A DNA stretch of 64,000 bases from sequence record PV400809.1. One strand, given 5' to 3'. The translations under genes were made by a program, and so were the position numbers. Shown here piece after piece: positions 9,428 through 18,386 of this stretch (positions are counted from its first letter, which is position 1; each line of letters begins with the position of its first letter). The notes beneath the pieces were generated by a model. The model did not search any database, was not told the origin of the DNA, and worked only from the letters and a program-made list of their open reading frames with translations.

Positions 9428-10063
9428 TTACGGTTGGGGTTCGGGTTCAGGCTGAGTGATTTCTTTGAATTCCAGACGACCGTAGTCAGTTTCCGGAATC
9501 TCGATGATCGGAGCCTTACCAATTTCGTACACGAGCTCGCCGCGGGTGAACGGGTTGGTGGTTACCTTGAGCACCTTGGCGGTGGCGGTGTCGACATCGG
9601 CGTCGTCCAGGACGTATTCGAAGTTGGCCTTGAACAGCGCCAGGGCGTCGGCGGCTTGGGTTTCAGTGGTGGTGGTGGAAGCCAGCACCAGGCCCACGCG
9701 TTGAACCGCTTCTTCGCCTTCACCGACCAGGTAAACGTAGGCACCCGGGGTGGTCTGCTCGGCCAGTTGGTCTTCGCCGGTCAGAGGAGCACCTTTGTTC
9801 ACCACCACGAAGGCGAACGGAGTGTTGATGTTTGCCGGGAGCCATTTTTGTTCGACACCCTTGAAGTTGCGGCTCACAGAGGTGACCGTGGCGCTTTGCA
9901 GCTCGGGGTTGGTACCGTCGGCGGTGATATCGGAGATCGTGATGTCCGCGAGGGTCAGGCCGTCAAAGAGAGCGAGCATTTCTGCGTCGTCTTTGTAGCG
10001 GTCTTTGTTGAACTCGACGAATTTGTCGAGAAAGATCGTTTGGATTGGAAGGTTTGAAGCCAT
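9428..10063 (-). CDS. Probable highly expressed virion/structural protein
   Basis: 211 aa, acidic, Thr/Ala-rich; strong G/C third-position bias; GAGGA RBS; C-terminal PETDYGRLEFKE motif. Confidence 0.75.
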   Translation of the reverse strand: MASNLPIQTIFLDKFVEFNKDRYKDDAEMLALFDGLTLADITISDITADGTNPELQSATVTSVSRNFKGVEQKWLPANINTPFAFVVVNKGAPLTGEDQLAEQTTPGAYVYLVGEGEEAVQRVGLVLASTTTTETQAADALALFKANFEYVLDDADVDTATAKVLKVTTNPFTRGELVYEIGKAPIIEIPETDYGRLEFKEITQPEPEPQP

Positions 10064-10184
10064 TGCTTTATCCTCTTAAAGGTGGTCCAATGGGAGTAAG
10101 TCAAAAGAAGTTACAAGACTCACTGCATAGGATGTCTACCTCCTTCAAATGCTTCGTCATCCATCGATTTCCTTAAAAAAAAAA

Positions 10185-10217
10185 TAAAGGAGTAGGGGTC
10201 TTCCCCCTACTCCTTTA
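10185..10217 (-). terminator. Intrinsic terminator after groEL
   Basis: TAAAGGAGTAGGGG/CCCCTACTCCTTTA stem followed on the minus strand by a long T tract. Confidence 0.8.
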
Positions 10218-10225
10218 CAAACCCC

Positions 10226-11902
10226 TTACCGCACCTTAACCGCCGACAACTTCTCCCCTAGGATCAGTGTCTTCGTAGTGGCCAAGATCTTAGCGGTTTG
10301 GAGTCCGCCTTTCAGCGCAGTGATAGAGGCATACGCGGTGTCATAAATACCCAATCCCTCCGGGGTACCAATCTCACCAGTTGCCAGATTCATGACGGTC
10401 GGCGTATTGAGCCAATCATCATTAAAATGGAAACTCCCATTTTCCTTATACAGTGACGTGTCCTTGAACAACAGCTTATGCTGAATAGTGGACAGCCGCA
10501 TCAACTCATTGGCAACGCCTGAGTTGATATACCGCTTAGCAAACTCAGCGCTCTGGTCTTTATCTTCGAGGCCTTCCTTGATCGTACCGAAGACCGCCTT
10601 AACCAGGGATACACCACCGCCAGGAAGGATACCGTTCTCCAAGGCGGAGCGAATGGCTTTCACCACATCCTCGTACCGGTCTACCCGTTCCTTGACTTCA
10701 GAATAGGTTTCACCGCCTACGGAAATGGTGATCAACTTACCCCGTAGGGTCCGAATACGCCGTTCGTTGTACCGGGCGCGTACGGAGAACTTATCGCTGA
10801 GGCTAAACCCCTCCAACAGTTCCTCAATACCCCGAGCATGTTGTTCGATCCGGTCTTCATCCTTAGGTGTGGTACTCTTCAGGATAGACCGATTCCCCCC
10901 CAGTTCCAGTTGGCCGTGTTGGCCATTGATCGAATGGGCATCCAACTTGGTCAGGTCCGCTACGTCACTGAGCATAGGGGCGTTCAGCATGACCGCGATG
11001 TCTTGCAGTTCGGAAGTCCCAATTGCACCACCTACCGGCGTACTCAACGGAATCAACCAAGGGCGCCCATCTTCTACCAGGGTTGGGTGCGCCGCATTCA
11101 ATTGCATCAGGGTCGAGTTAGCGGCTTCTTCGAAACTTCGTGCAATCAGCAGGATGGGAAGGGTCAGGTGTTGTTTGTGAGTTTTCACAAGGTGATTCAC
11201 CCCATCAATCAACTTCTGGGTGTCTTCCTTGTCAATCCGACGATCGATAACGAACGCCGTAAACCCTGTTAATTCTGTCACACCCCCTTGATGGCCTTTC
11301 GCAAACCAGGGATTCGCGTAGAACATACGGATGGTACGCCCTGTGGTTTGTTCGATCTGGTCTTCGAAGTTGACCCCTTCCTTGAGTTCAATATCCGGAT
11401 AACTCCCTTTATTCTTCGCATAGAGGTCGCTGACCAGTCGGGCGAGCTTTTCATCCTGGTTAGACGAGGTCAGTGCCACTTGATACAACCGAGGGTCATC
11501 CACTTCCACTCGTATCGCCATGGATTCCAAACGTTGGATAACCCGCTCTACCAGGTCTTCAATGTTCCGGTGGTGTTGGAAGCCTGGGAAGTCCTTGAAC
11601 AGGTGATAGAGCGCATGGGTCAGCATGATGGTGGTGGTAGTGCCATCCCCGCATTCCTCATCGGTCTTCGTAGCCGGCTCGGTAATTACCCGGTTCACCA
11701 ATTCATGGGCTTCATCTGCAAAGCGAATGGAACGGGCTACCGTCACCCCATCCTTGGTGGTCTTGGTGGAGACCCCATTCTTGATCATCACCAACTGACC
11801 ATTCGGACCCATGGTCGAAGTGACGGCGTCATACACCTCACTCAAGACCTGTTTAATAATCCCTTGGGCTTCTTCACCATGTACCAGCAGCGTTTGAGAC
11901 AT
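10226..11902 (-). CDS. groEL: Phage chaperonin GroEL (EL gp146-like)
   Basis: TKDGVTVA, GDGTTT, GGGVSL chaperonin motifs; 558 aa from MSQTLL; near-identical to my recollection of phage EL gp146. Confidence 0.97.
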   Translation of the reverse strand: MSQTLLVHGEEAQGIIKQVLSEVYDAVTSTMGPNGQLVMIKNGVSTKTTKDGVTVARSIRFADEAHELVNRVITEPATKTDEECGDGTTTTIMLTHALYHLFKDFPGFQHHRNIEDLVERVIQRLESMAIRVEVDDPRLYQVALTSSNQDEKLARLVSDLYAKNKGSYPDIELKEGVNFEDQIEQTTGRTIRMFYANPWFAKGHQGGVTELTGFTAFVIDRRIDKEDTQKLIDGVNHLVKTHKQHLTLPILLIARSFEEAANSTLMQLNAAHPTLVEDGRPWLIPLSTPVGGAIGTSELQDIAVMLNAPMLSDVADLTKLDAHSINGQHGQLELGGNRSILKSTTPKDEDRIEQHARGIEELLEGFSLSDKFSVRARYNERRIRTLRGKLITISVGGETYSEVKERVDRYEDVVKAIRSALENGILPGGGVSLVKAVFGTIKEGLEDKDQSAEFAKRYINSGVANELMRLSTIQHKLLFKDTSLYKENGSFHFNDDWLNTPTVMNLATGEIGTPEGLGIYDTAYASITALKGGLQTAKILATTKTLILGEKLSAVKVR

Positions 11903-11945
11903 CTTCATACTCCTGTTAAACCATACCTAATTGCATTACACCTGG

Positions 11946-11958
11946 GTAATATAGGTTT
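11946..11958 (-). promoter_or_regulatory. phiKZ-type early promoter upstream of groEL
   Basis: Minus strand reads AAACCTATATTAC, containing the phiKZ early consensus TATATTAC. Confidence 0.65.
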
Positions 11959-11966
11959 ATTAATTT

Positions 11967-12671
11967 CTACTGGGGATCGGGAAGAACGTCCTCAGAGGGT
12001 GTGTCACTCTGGAGCTCCTGGGGTTTATCCCAACCTAAGACCTTGCATTGCTTACGAAGACTCTTGATCTTAACCTGAGCCTCCTTCAAATAGGTCACCA
12101 GGCATTGGAGAGCGCTGAGTTGAACTTCTAACAGCGCTTTGTTAAAGACCATCCCATCATTGTGGTGAATGTTCATCCACATCACAATGGTCCGGTGACA
12201 ATCCCCAACGCAGAACCTACCTGCCTTATCCTGGTCGATGAAATAGAAATAATGCCCCGTGAAGGGCGCTTCAATGTTCTCAGGGTTGAGCCACTGTCGC
12301 TTATAGACGGGTTCCTTTAGGGGTTTCTTCGGGTTATTGAGGACCTTTCTGAACGCCTTGCAATACTCCCGTACGCCCTGCTCCAGTAGATTGAGCTTAT
12401 TGAAGAACAACACCAATTCAGGATCATTATCGTGCGAATGTAACCGAACAGTGATGTTCTCCATGTGGATATTGAAACGACCCGTCCAAAAGGTGGTGGG
12501 GGGATAGGCTAAAGGACTGACACTCATGGAGTAGAACACCGCGTCACCCCCAGTCCATTCCTCTTTACCCTCACCACCCTGGTCGCATAACCACCCTCTT
12601 CCATATTCCAACAACGATTGTCTTGACATAACCACCTCATAACAAATAAAGGACATACACCCTCCTGCCAA
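11967..12671 (-). CDS. Hypothetical protein
   Basis: Up to 234 aa; true start probably a downstream Met (MSRQSLL). Confidence 0.65.
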   Translation of the reverse strand: MAGGCMSFICYEVVMSRQSLLEYGRGWLCDQGGEGKEEWTGGDAVFYSMSVSPLAYPPTTFWTGRFNIHMENITVRLHSHDNDPELVLFFNKLNLLEQGVREYCKAFRKVLNNPKKPLKEPVYKRQWLNPENIEAPFTGHYFYFIDQDKAGRFCVGDCHRTIVMWMNIHHNDGMVFNKALLEVQLSALQCLVTYLKEAQVKIKSLRKQCKVLGWDKPQELQSDTPSEDVLPDPQ

Positions 12672-12695
12672 TAAGGCAGGAGGGTGGGTCGTTAG

Positions 12696-12956
12696 CTACT
12701 TCCGGACCAGGTAGTACGCTCCCCCAATCCGTTCGAACCGGTAACTCACCCCTTTGTTGCTAGCGGGGACGTCCGCATTCACTTCAATCTTGTTGCCCAG
12801 GTTGAAGGCAGCCAGGACTTTACCAACCACATCGTCAGCGGTAACCACCTCGCCCTCTACCGGGTTAATCACGTGAATACCTTCTGCTTTCAGTTGGTCC
12901 GACAGGATAGCAAAAGCAGCCAGACCCAGTTTTTGTTGGATTTTGATGGTAGTCAT
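12696..12956 (-). CDS. Hypothetical protein
   Basis: 86 aa, AAGGA RBS. Confidence 0.7.
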   Translation of the reverse strand: MTTIKIQQKLGLAAFAILSDQLKAEGIHVINPVEGEVVTADDVVGKVLAAFNLGNKIEVNADVPASNKGVSYRFERIGGAYYLVRK

Positions 12957-13027
12957 TCAGGTTCCTTATAGGTCATTAACGATTGAGTTGTCATTCCGAG
13001 GTAAAGAATAGGAGCGGGTGTTCGGAA

Positions 13028-13576
13028 TTAGTGAGAGTGGGCTTTAGCCCGACAGCTTTCAGTATGGATGAGATAACGTTGCATCATGTCCTCATCCATG
13101 CTTTTCAAGTACGCGGATTCTTTATCCAATACAGTGAACCAATGTTCCAGGAGCTCAGGATAACGGTCTCGCTCTTTACACACCAGGATAAAGGGCACAC
13201 CACCACCCCATCCCCACACACGATCCATGTGGCGAAACAGCGACATGTCTATTTCAGCCAAGAGATCCTCGTGAACCAGCAGGTGCGCAATCCTCTCCCC
13301 CACTTTTTCTACCAGGTGGTCGTAATGCACTTTGGGGAACGAATGGGCAAAGGCAAAGGGATTGGTCTCAGTGGTGCGGTGTTTACGAATACGAACCTGT
13401 TTCAGTTCTTCCCACTCCCAGACATTAATCGGGGTTAACGAGACCTCGATAGCCTCATGGAACTTCCCACCCATCCGACACAAGCACCGGGAGAACGTCT
13501 TCCAATACCCACTGAAATGGAACCAGTCACCGTTCTCACTGATGATGTACTCAGGCGGTGAAGTGTTTGTCTTCAT
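13028..13576 (-). CDS. Hypothetical protein
   Basis: 182 aa, GGAG RBS, operon context. Confidence 0.65.
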   Translation of the reverse strand: MKTNTSPPEYIISENGDWFHFSGYWKTFSRCLCRMGGKFHEAIEVSLTPINVWEWEELKQVRIRKHRTTETNPFAFAHSFPKVHYDHLVEKVGERIAHLLVHEDLLAEIDMSLFRHMDRVWGWGGGVPFILVCKERDRYPELLEHWFTVLDKESAYLKSMDEDMMQRYLIHTESCRAKAHSH

Positions 13577-14030
13577 TCATTTTTCTCCGTACAGAACCCG
13601 ACACAGCGGGGTTAAAAGGTTTCCAACCGCCCAGTAACTTGATTTCGATTTTGTTATTCTCATTGAACCGTACAGCGGGCTTAATAAACGGTTGAAGTTC
13701 TTCATCCAGATTCCGGTAATTAGCCGACTCATTCCGGTGGAAGACATAGTCATCGATGACGTCGTCTTCTTCCTTACGCAGTTCGTTAATAACCCCGATC
13801 AGTGCTTCGACATCATAATCCGGGAACCCTGGAGCGACACCCATAATCCAGCGAGGGTTCGGTTTACCATCCAACGTGGTATGAGGGACGGTCTTCAACA
13901 CGACCGATACCACGGTTTTGAGGTAGTCCGTGGTTACATCCTTGATGAGGGCGTTGGTCTCCTCTTGACTCAAGAGAGGCTCATGTTGACGTTTGAAGAC
14001 CCGTTTAATCCACTGTGTGAACACATTCAC
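13551..14030 (-). CDS. Hypothetical protein
   Basis: 159 aa, GAGGTG RBS. Confidence 0.7.
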   Translation of the reverse strand: MNVFTQWIKRVFKRQHEPLLSQEETNALIKDVTTDYLKTVVSVVLKTVPHTTLDGKPNPRWIMGVAPGFPDYDVEALIGVINELRKEEDDVIDDYVFHRNESANYRNLDEELQPFIKPAVRFNENNKIEIKLLGGWKPFNPAVSGSVRRKMNEDKHFTA

Positions 14031-14033
14031 TAT

Positions 14034-14312
14034 TCACCTCTTCTTACCGCGTGTCTCTAGAACAAACCGCCCCTTCCGTATCGCAAACTTAAAACTGGCT
14101 AGCTGTTGTGGCGTCAGGGAAAGTGACGGATCCTGTAAACGAAGCTGGACCCCAATAGGGTTATTACCACTGAAAGTATACACGTACCCTATTAGGGTTT
14201 CGTCACCTCCCCTCGTCAGAGTTACCACACGGACCCCCACATCCAGCAATTGGGTTTTCAACACCGCTCGCTGGGAGTCTGAGAGTCCGTGTTTAACCTC
14301 AACCTTTACCAT
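14034..14312 (-). CDS. Hypothetical protein
   Basis: 92 aa, tightly coupled to neighbouring genes. Confidence 0.6.
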   Translation of the reverse strand: MVKVEVKHGLSDSQRAVLKTQLLDVGVRVVTLTRGGDETLIGYVYTFSGNNPIGVQLRLQDPSLSLTPQQLASFKFAIRKGRFVLETRGKKR

Positions 14313-14638
14313 AGCCCATTTTCGTCCTTGAAACTCTTGAGCGTGGAGGTGGTGTTTTCGACCCTCGCTTCGAATGCCTGGAGAAGGTCTTTATAGAGCA
14401 GCTCCAGGCCTGCCTGGTACTGTTCTTCTCGGACCGAGACCTCTCGGTAGTCTTTGGACCTGTACCCGTAGGTCCGCGAGGCATCGCTCACCCGCTGCAT
14501 ACTGAAAAGTATTAGCTCCAGTACGTCACTCGATTTCTCTTGGATCTCTAGAGTCGTACGTGCCTGTTGGTTGATTTCACTATACCCTGAGGTAATGTGT
14601 TGCATCATCAAAGGCGTGGGAATAAATTCGACTGTCAT
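14306..14638 (-). CDS. Hypothetical helical protein
   Basis: 110 aa, AAGGTG RBS. Confidence 0.65.
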   Translation of the reverse strand: MTVEFIPTPLMMQHITSGYSEINQQARTTLEIQEKSSDVLELILFSMQRVSDASRTYGYRSKDYREVSVREEQYQAGLELLYKDLLQAFEARVENTTSTLKSFKDENGLW

Positions 14639-14646
14639 ACGTCACC

Positions 14647-14874
14647 TTAAATGTAAAGAGGTTGTTCTTTCGGAATTAGCATGTCCTTGTACAAGAACAA
14701 AGTGTCCCCTGTCTTAATACCCGGAAGGATACCTTTAATGAAAAAGCAAAGGGCGCCGTGGGCGATAACAATACCCGTGTCTTTGACTGCCTTTACTTTA
14801 AAAATGTCGTACGGGGATAAGTCCGCTAATTCCTCCGGTTTTAACACGAGATGAATGTTGGGAAGCATCGTCAA
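14647..14874 (-). CDS. Hypothetical protein
   Basis: 75 aa, AAGGAGG RBS upstream. Confidence 0.6.
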   Translation of the reverse strand: MTMLPNIHLVLKPEELADLSPYDIFKVKAVKDTGIVIAHGALCFFIKGILPGIKTGDTLFLYKDMLIPKEQPLYI

Positions 14875-15268
14875 CGTCGCTTCCTCCTTTAGGGATGAAT
14901 GAACAGTGCGTAAACAGCGCTTTATCGCTGAAAAACGTATCCGAGTCTTCTACCAAGCGACTGATCCCTATTTCAGGTTGCTCGCCCACTAAGTAGAAGT
15001 ACAAAATCTCATTGCGTTCCGCATTCAGGTAGGTTACGACCGTGTCATCAAAGTCGTAGTCTCGGGGTTCCACCCCGATAAACAAACGCCCTTGGTAGAT
15101 TACTCGGTCGGCGGTGAGGTCGAACGTATTAACCTGGAGACTCATGGACAGGGAATGGAAACGCTCAGGGTCTTGGGTAAACCCGTATTGGTGACAGACA
15201 AAGCTGTCTTCGTTGGCCTTTACAACCAGAGAAACCAGGAGCGTGGTGATCAAAACAATCCATTTCAT
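14798..15268 (-). CDS. Exported protein with signal peptide
   Basis: MKWIVLITTLLVSLVVKA-N signal peptide; AAGGAG RBS; two Cys in the mature part. Confidence 0.7.
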   Translation of the reverse strand: MKWIVLITTLLVSLVVKANEDSFVCHQYGFTQDPERFHSLSMSLQVNTFDLTADRVIYQGRLFIGVEPRDYDFDDTVVTYLNAERNEILYFYLVGEQPEIGISRLVEDSDTFFSDKALFTHCSFIPKGGSDVDDASQHSSRVKTGGISGLIPVRHF

Positions 15269-15278
15269 ACCGTTCTCC

Positions 15279-15839
15279 TTAAAACAATTGTTCCAGTGTG
15301 ACATTTTTATCCACGTCAGAAAGGTGATTCCGGAAACCGTCAACGATGACCGCCAGCTTATCGAGGAAGATACGTTCGAGGTCAGGGTTATTCAGCGTGG
15401 TCGAGAAAACCATTTCATTGATGTCTCTACCAAATAACTCGACTTTCAACGCTGCGCCCTTAATCTTCCCGTGGATCAGGATGGGGTATTCTTGTTGGAG
15501 TACGAAGGAGCAGTATTCGGGTACGCTCTTATACCCACCCCTCTCGTACTCTCGAATCTTTTGTTTAACCCAGAACTGTAAGTTCTCGAACAGTTCAATG
15601 ACTTCCAAGACCTTGTCGTGGTAAGCTTTCAGTTCCCGTGGATCAGTTAGTTTCTGGGGATCGATGTACCCTACTCGAATGATTTCACCCATTTTCCCGA
15701 AACTGAAACCCGTTATCAACTTGAGTCGTCCGTCCTTGGTTTTAATCGCCGTGGATTCATAGACCCCGTGGACCGAACGGAAGACAGGAGGAAGGACGCG
15801 GTTACTGAACACAATCGTAGTCATCTTAGACTCCAACAT
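15279..15839 (-). CDS. Hypothetical protein
   Basis: 186-aa ORF in operon. Confidence 0.65.
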   Translation of the reverse strand: MLESKMTTIVFSNRVLPPVFRSVHGVYESTAIKTKDGRLKLITGFSFGKMGEIIRVGYIDPQKLTDPRELKAYHDKVLEVIELFENLQFWVKQKIREYERGGYKSVPEYCSFVLQQEYPILIHGKIKGAALKVELFGRDINEMVFSTTLNNPDLERIFLDKLAVIVDGFRNHLSDVDKNVTLEQLF

Positions 15840-15870
15840 TGTTGCTAGGAAGTGAGTAGGAAGTAAGGGT

Positions 15871-16353
15871 TTAATCCAGGAGAGATCGCACGCCCTTTAA
15901 GGCCTGTTCTTCATGTTGGCTATCTTCCTTAAAGATAAAGCCATTCCGTTCGTAGAAGCGACGCGCGGAGGGATTCCACGCCATTACGGTGACAAAGATC
16001 GGATGACCCAGCTTGATGCGGTGGAATTGTTCAACCAGAACCTTACCGACGTGCTTGTTCCGGTACTTCTCTTCTACAAACAAGACTTCGATGTCATTGG
16101 GGCGTTCGTAGGCGGACAGCAGCATCCCGATGGGCGTATCCTCATCCAAGGCCAGAATACAGAGATCCGTATCCGCGAAGAGCTCATCATAAGCGTTTGC
16201 CGAGTTTGGGGCTTCGTATTGGTCTTTGAGGTGGGCGGGTATTCCCGACAAGGCAAACTCGTAGTCGAACAGTCGGGTAGAGAAGTCGATGATGGTCTCC
16301 CGTATCCCCTCAATCTGATGAAACCGGTGGAGAATGTCTAAACGAATTGTCAT
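15871..16353 (-). CDS. GNAT family N-acetyltransferase
   Basis: LFVEEKYRNKHVG and NPSARRFYERNGF motifs. Confidence 0.85.
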   Translation of the reverse strand: MTIRLDILHRFHQIEGIRETIIDFSTRLFDYEFALSGIPAHLKDQYEAPNSANAYDELFADTDLCILALDEDTPIGMLLSAYERPNDIEVLFVEEKYRNKHVGKVLVEQFHRIKLGHPIFVTVMAWNPSARRFYERNGFIFKEDSQHEEQALKGVRSLLD

Positions 16354-16416
16354 AGGGCGTGTCCTATCTTAATACGGATGAACAGGAGGGATGCCCCTCC
16401 TGTTCTGCACCGGAAG

Positions 16417-16863
16417 TTAATTCACACGACAGGGCGCTATGGTGACGACCCGGACAATGGGGTTCTCATCTTCCTCTTCACTGCTGACGGTGGGATCATC
16501 AGTAACGAAGAGGAGGAAATAAGGAGTTCCTACACCGTTGAACTTCTTAAACAGCATGATGGTGTCATTATCGGCATAGTTCCCCGTCTTCGAAATCAAA
16601 GGTTCTATCGTCAGGATTTGATCTTCCTTGAAGAGTGAATTCGCTTTGATTACATATCCCCGAGTCGTTCGAAGCACTACGGTCCTTTCCCACTGGATGG
16701 GATTGTCCGTTATGACTTCATCACTCCCCTCAACGGTATCCACCTCGTTATCAGTGTACCCTTCACAGGTGTAGGTCTCAGGACCGTTGAGCGCGCTCTC
16801 ACGGTTAACCGCACCGAACGCTACCACGGGGAACAGCAGAATTGCAAAGATAAAGTGTTTCAT
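16417..16863 (-). CDS. Exported protein with signal peptide
   Basis: MKHFIFAILLFPVVAFG-A signal peptide; AAGGAG RBS; one Cys near each end of the mature domain. Confidence 0.75.
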   Translation of the reverse strand: MKHFIFAILLFPVVAFGAVNRESALNGPETYTCEGYTDNEVDTVEGSDEVITDNPIQWERTVVLRTTRGYVIKANSLFKEDQILTIEPLISKTGNYADNDTIMLFKKFNGVGTPYFLLFVTDDPTVSSEEEDENPIVRVVTIAPCRVN

Positions 16864-16899
16864 GAACGCAGAACTCCTTATTCTCTTTAGTTCAGAACA

Positions 16900-17073
16900 T
16901 TACTTCGTTTTCTTCAACAGTGCCCGTCTGAACAAGAACTGTGTAACTTGGGATTTCCCATACGAAGCGTTAACTTGAGGTAAGTCGTACATCTTCGTAT
17001 TGAAACACGGAACTTCTGTATGACGGAAGCTCGTTGGCAACGGGTATTTCTTGAATTGGCGTAACAGGGACAT
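16900..17073 (-). CDS. Small basic protein (57 aa), absent from ORF track
   Basis: MSLLRQFKKYPLPTSF…ALLKKTK; AGGAGAG RBS; fills the gap between genes. Confidence 0.6.
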   Translation of the reverse strand: MSLLRQFKKYPLPTSFRHTEVPCFNTKMYDLPQVNASYGKSQVTQFLFRRALLKKTK

Positions 17074-17143
17074 TTTGTTGACTCTCCTGGGTCTTTAAGG
17101 ATTGCTCACGTACCCATTCAGCTATTTCACGTAGAGTTGACAT

Positions 17144-17353
17144 TCAGTTCTTATTACCCGAGAGAAAACGAGTGGTGAGTTCAACGGCATCCTTACCAAA
17201 CCGACGCTCAGCAGCTAGGAACCCAGCCCCGGGAGATGTTCCTATCTCCATTGTCATCACGAAGCTGATACGAGCCAACCACAACGCTTCCCGATCAAAC
17301 TGGAGACCCAGTGGGCTTACGGGTGGACGGTTAATTGAACGTCGTATGCTCAT
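17144..17353 (-). CDS. Hypothetical protein
   Basis: 69 aa, GGGGA RBS. Confidence 0.55.
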   Translation of the reverse strand: MSIRRSINRPPVSPLGLQFDREALWLARISFVMTMEIGTSPGAGFLAAERRFGKDAVELTTRFLSGNKN

Positions 17354-17658
17354 GCTGTTTCCCCCTTAGTCTGTTTAGCTCGTAAGGCAAGAATCGCTTT
17401 CCCTGCATTGCGAGCGGTGGGTGTGGTGACCCTGTTGATAATCCGGTACCAAGTGATCCAAACAGGATTCAGTTTACCCGACTTCGTCACCAGATCTGGT
17501 TCAGGCATCTTCTTGACCCGTTCCACCTGATGATAACTGACCTCCTTAGGTTTCAGGCCGTATTGGTTACCGTACCACGTTCTCCATTTAGGATTGAACT
17601 CTCCGTTAGGAAGAATCATAGGAACTTCTTCCTCAGGACTCCCAGGGGATTTGGTCAT
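17350..17658 (-). CDS. Hypothetical basic protein with internal G-x-x-NP-x-W-x-T-W-Y repeat
   Basis: NGEFNPKWRTWY and SGKLNPVWITWY. Confidence 0.65.
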   Translation of the reverse strand: MTKSPGSPEEEVPMILPNGEFNPKWRTWYGNQYGLKPKEVSYHQVERVKKMPEPDLVTKSGKLNPVWITWYRIINRVTTPTARNAGKAILALRAKQTKGETA

Positions 17659-17672
17659 CGTAATACCCGTTC

Positions 17673-18077
17673 TTAGTTCTGACGATCAGCCTGATGTTCA
17701 ACCAGGAATTTGATGAACTCCTTCTCATTACCCGGTTGATTGGGGTCCGTGTTGAACACCATGGGTGTTTCCCCCTGTCTTTCCAGACGGAGACCGGACG
17801 TAAAGGGAACGTAAAACAATTCGAACCCTGTATCGAAATCGTAATAGACCCTGAACTTGAGATTCCCGACGTACCCTTCACCGAACGCTCTCCCGAAGAC
17901 GTACTGGAATTTAATCCACGCTTCCAGTCCCGATTCAGTCCCACGCTCACAACGACTCATCAAGTATTTCTCATGGTTCCGTATATGGTCTTTGTTCGTA
18001 ACGTAGTCGACAAACTGCGAGATCGGCCCCTCGGTGCATTCATCGTCTCGGTCAGTTTTCAACGAACGGTCTATCAT
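17673..18077 (-). CDS. Hypothetical protein (FGEGYxGN motif)
   Basis: 134 aa, GGAG RBS, early-promoter motif upstream. Confidence 0.7.
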   Translation of the reverse strand: MIDRSLKTDRDDECTEGPISQFVDYVTNKDHIRNHEKYLMSRCERGTESGLEAWIKFQYVFGRAFGEGYVGNLKFRVYYDFDTGFELFYVPFTSGLRLERQGETPMVFNTDPNQPGNEKEFIKFLVEHQADRQN

Positions 18078-18129
18078 GAGGTGTTACTCCTTTGGGTTAA
18101 ACAATGATCGTGTCGCTCATTCATATGAA

Positions 18130-18141
18130 TAATGTAGGTTT
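18130..18141 (-). promoter_or_regulatory. Early-promoter motif
   Basis: AAACCTACATTA on the minus strand in an AT-rich intergenic region. Confidence 0.6.
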
Positions 18142-18221
18142 GAGAATAAATACGTTTTAAACTAAAAGAAATAAACACCCACCACCCCAACTCCTTTTAC
18201 AGAGTGGGGTGGTTAGGCGGG

Positions 18222-18386
18222 TTACAGGACCAAGGTATTCAGTTCGTGAGTGGGATCATCCTTAATCCGTTCCAATTCCTTCTTAAACACCTTAACCTGT
18301 AGCTTCACATCGGTAGCGATAAGGTATTCAGGAAAGGTTAAGAAGGGGTTATAGGGAACCTTGGGGCGTTCGACTTTAGGTTTCAT
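18222..18386 (-). CDS. Small protein (54 aa), absent from ORF track
   Basis: MKPKVERPKVPYNPF…NTLVL; start lies within the 3' end of the upstream gene; followed by a terminator-like hairpin. Confidence 0.55.
   Translation of the reverse strand: MKPKVERPKVPYNPFLTFPEYLIATDVKLQVKVFKKELERIKDDPTHELNTLVL

Noticed and set aside
9434-10057. 207-aa plus-strand ORF
   Set aside because: Antisense shadow of the GC3-biased 211-aa gene; no RBS and an implausible composition
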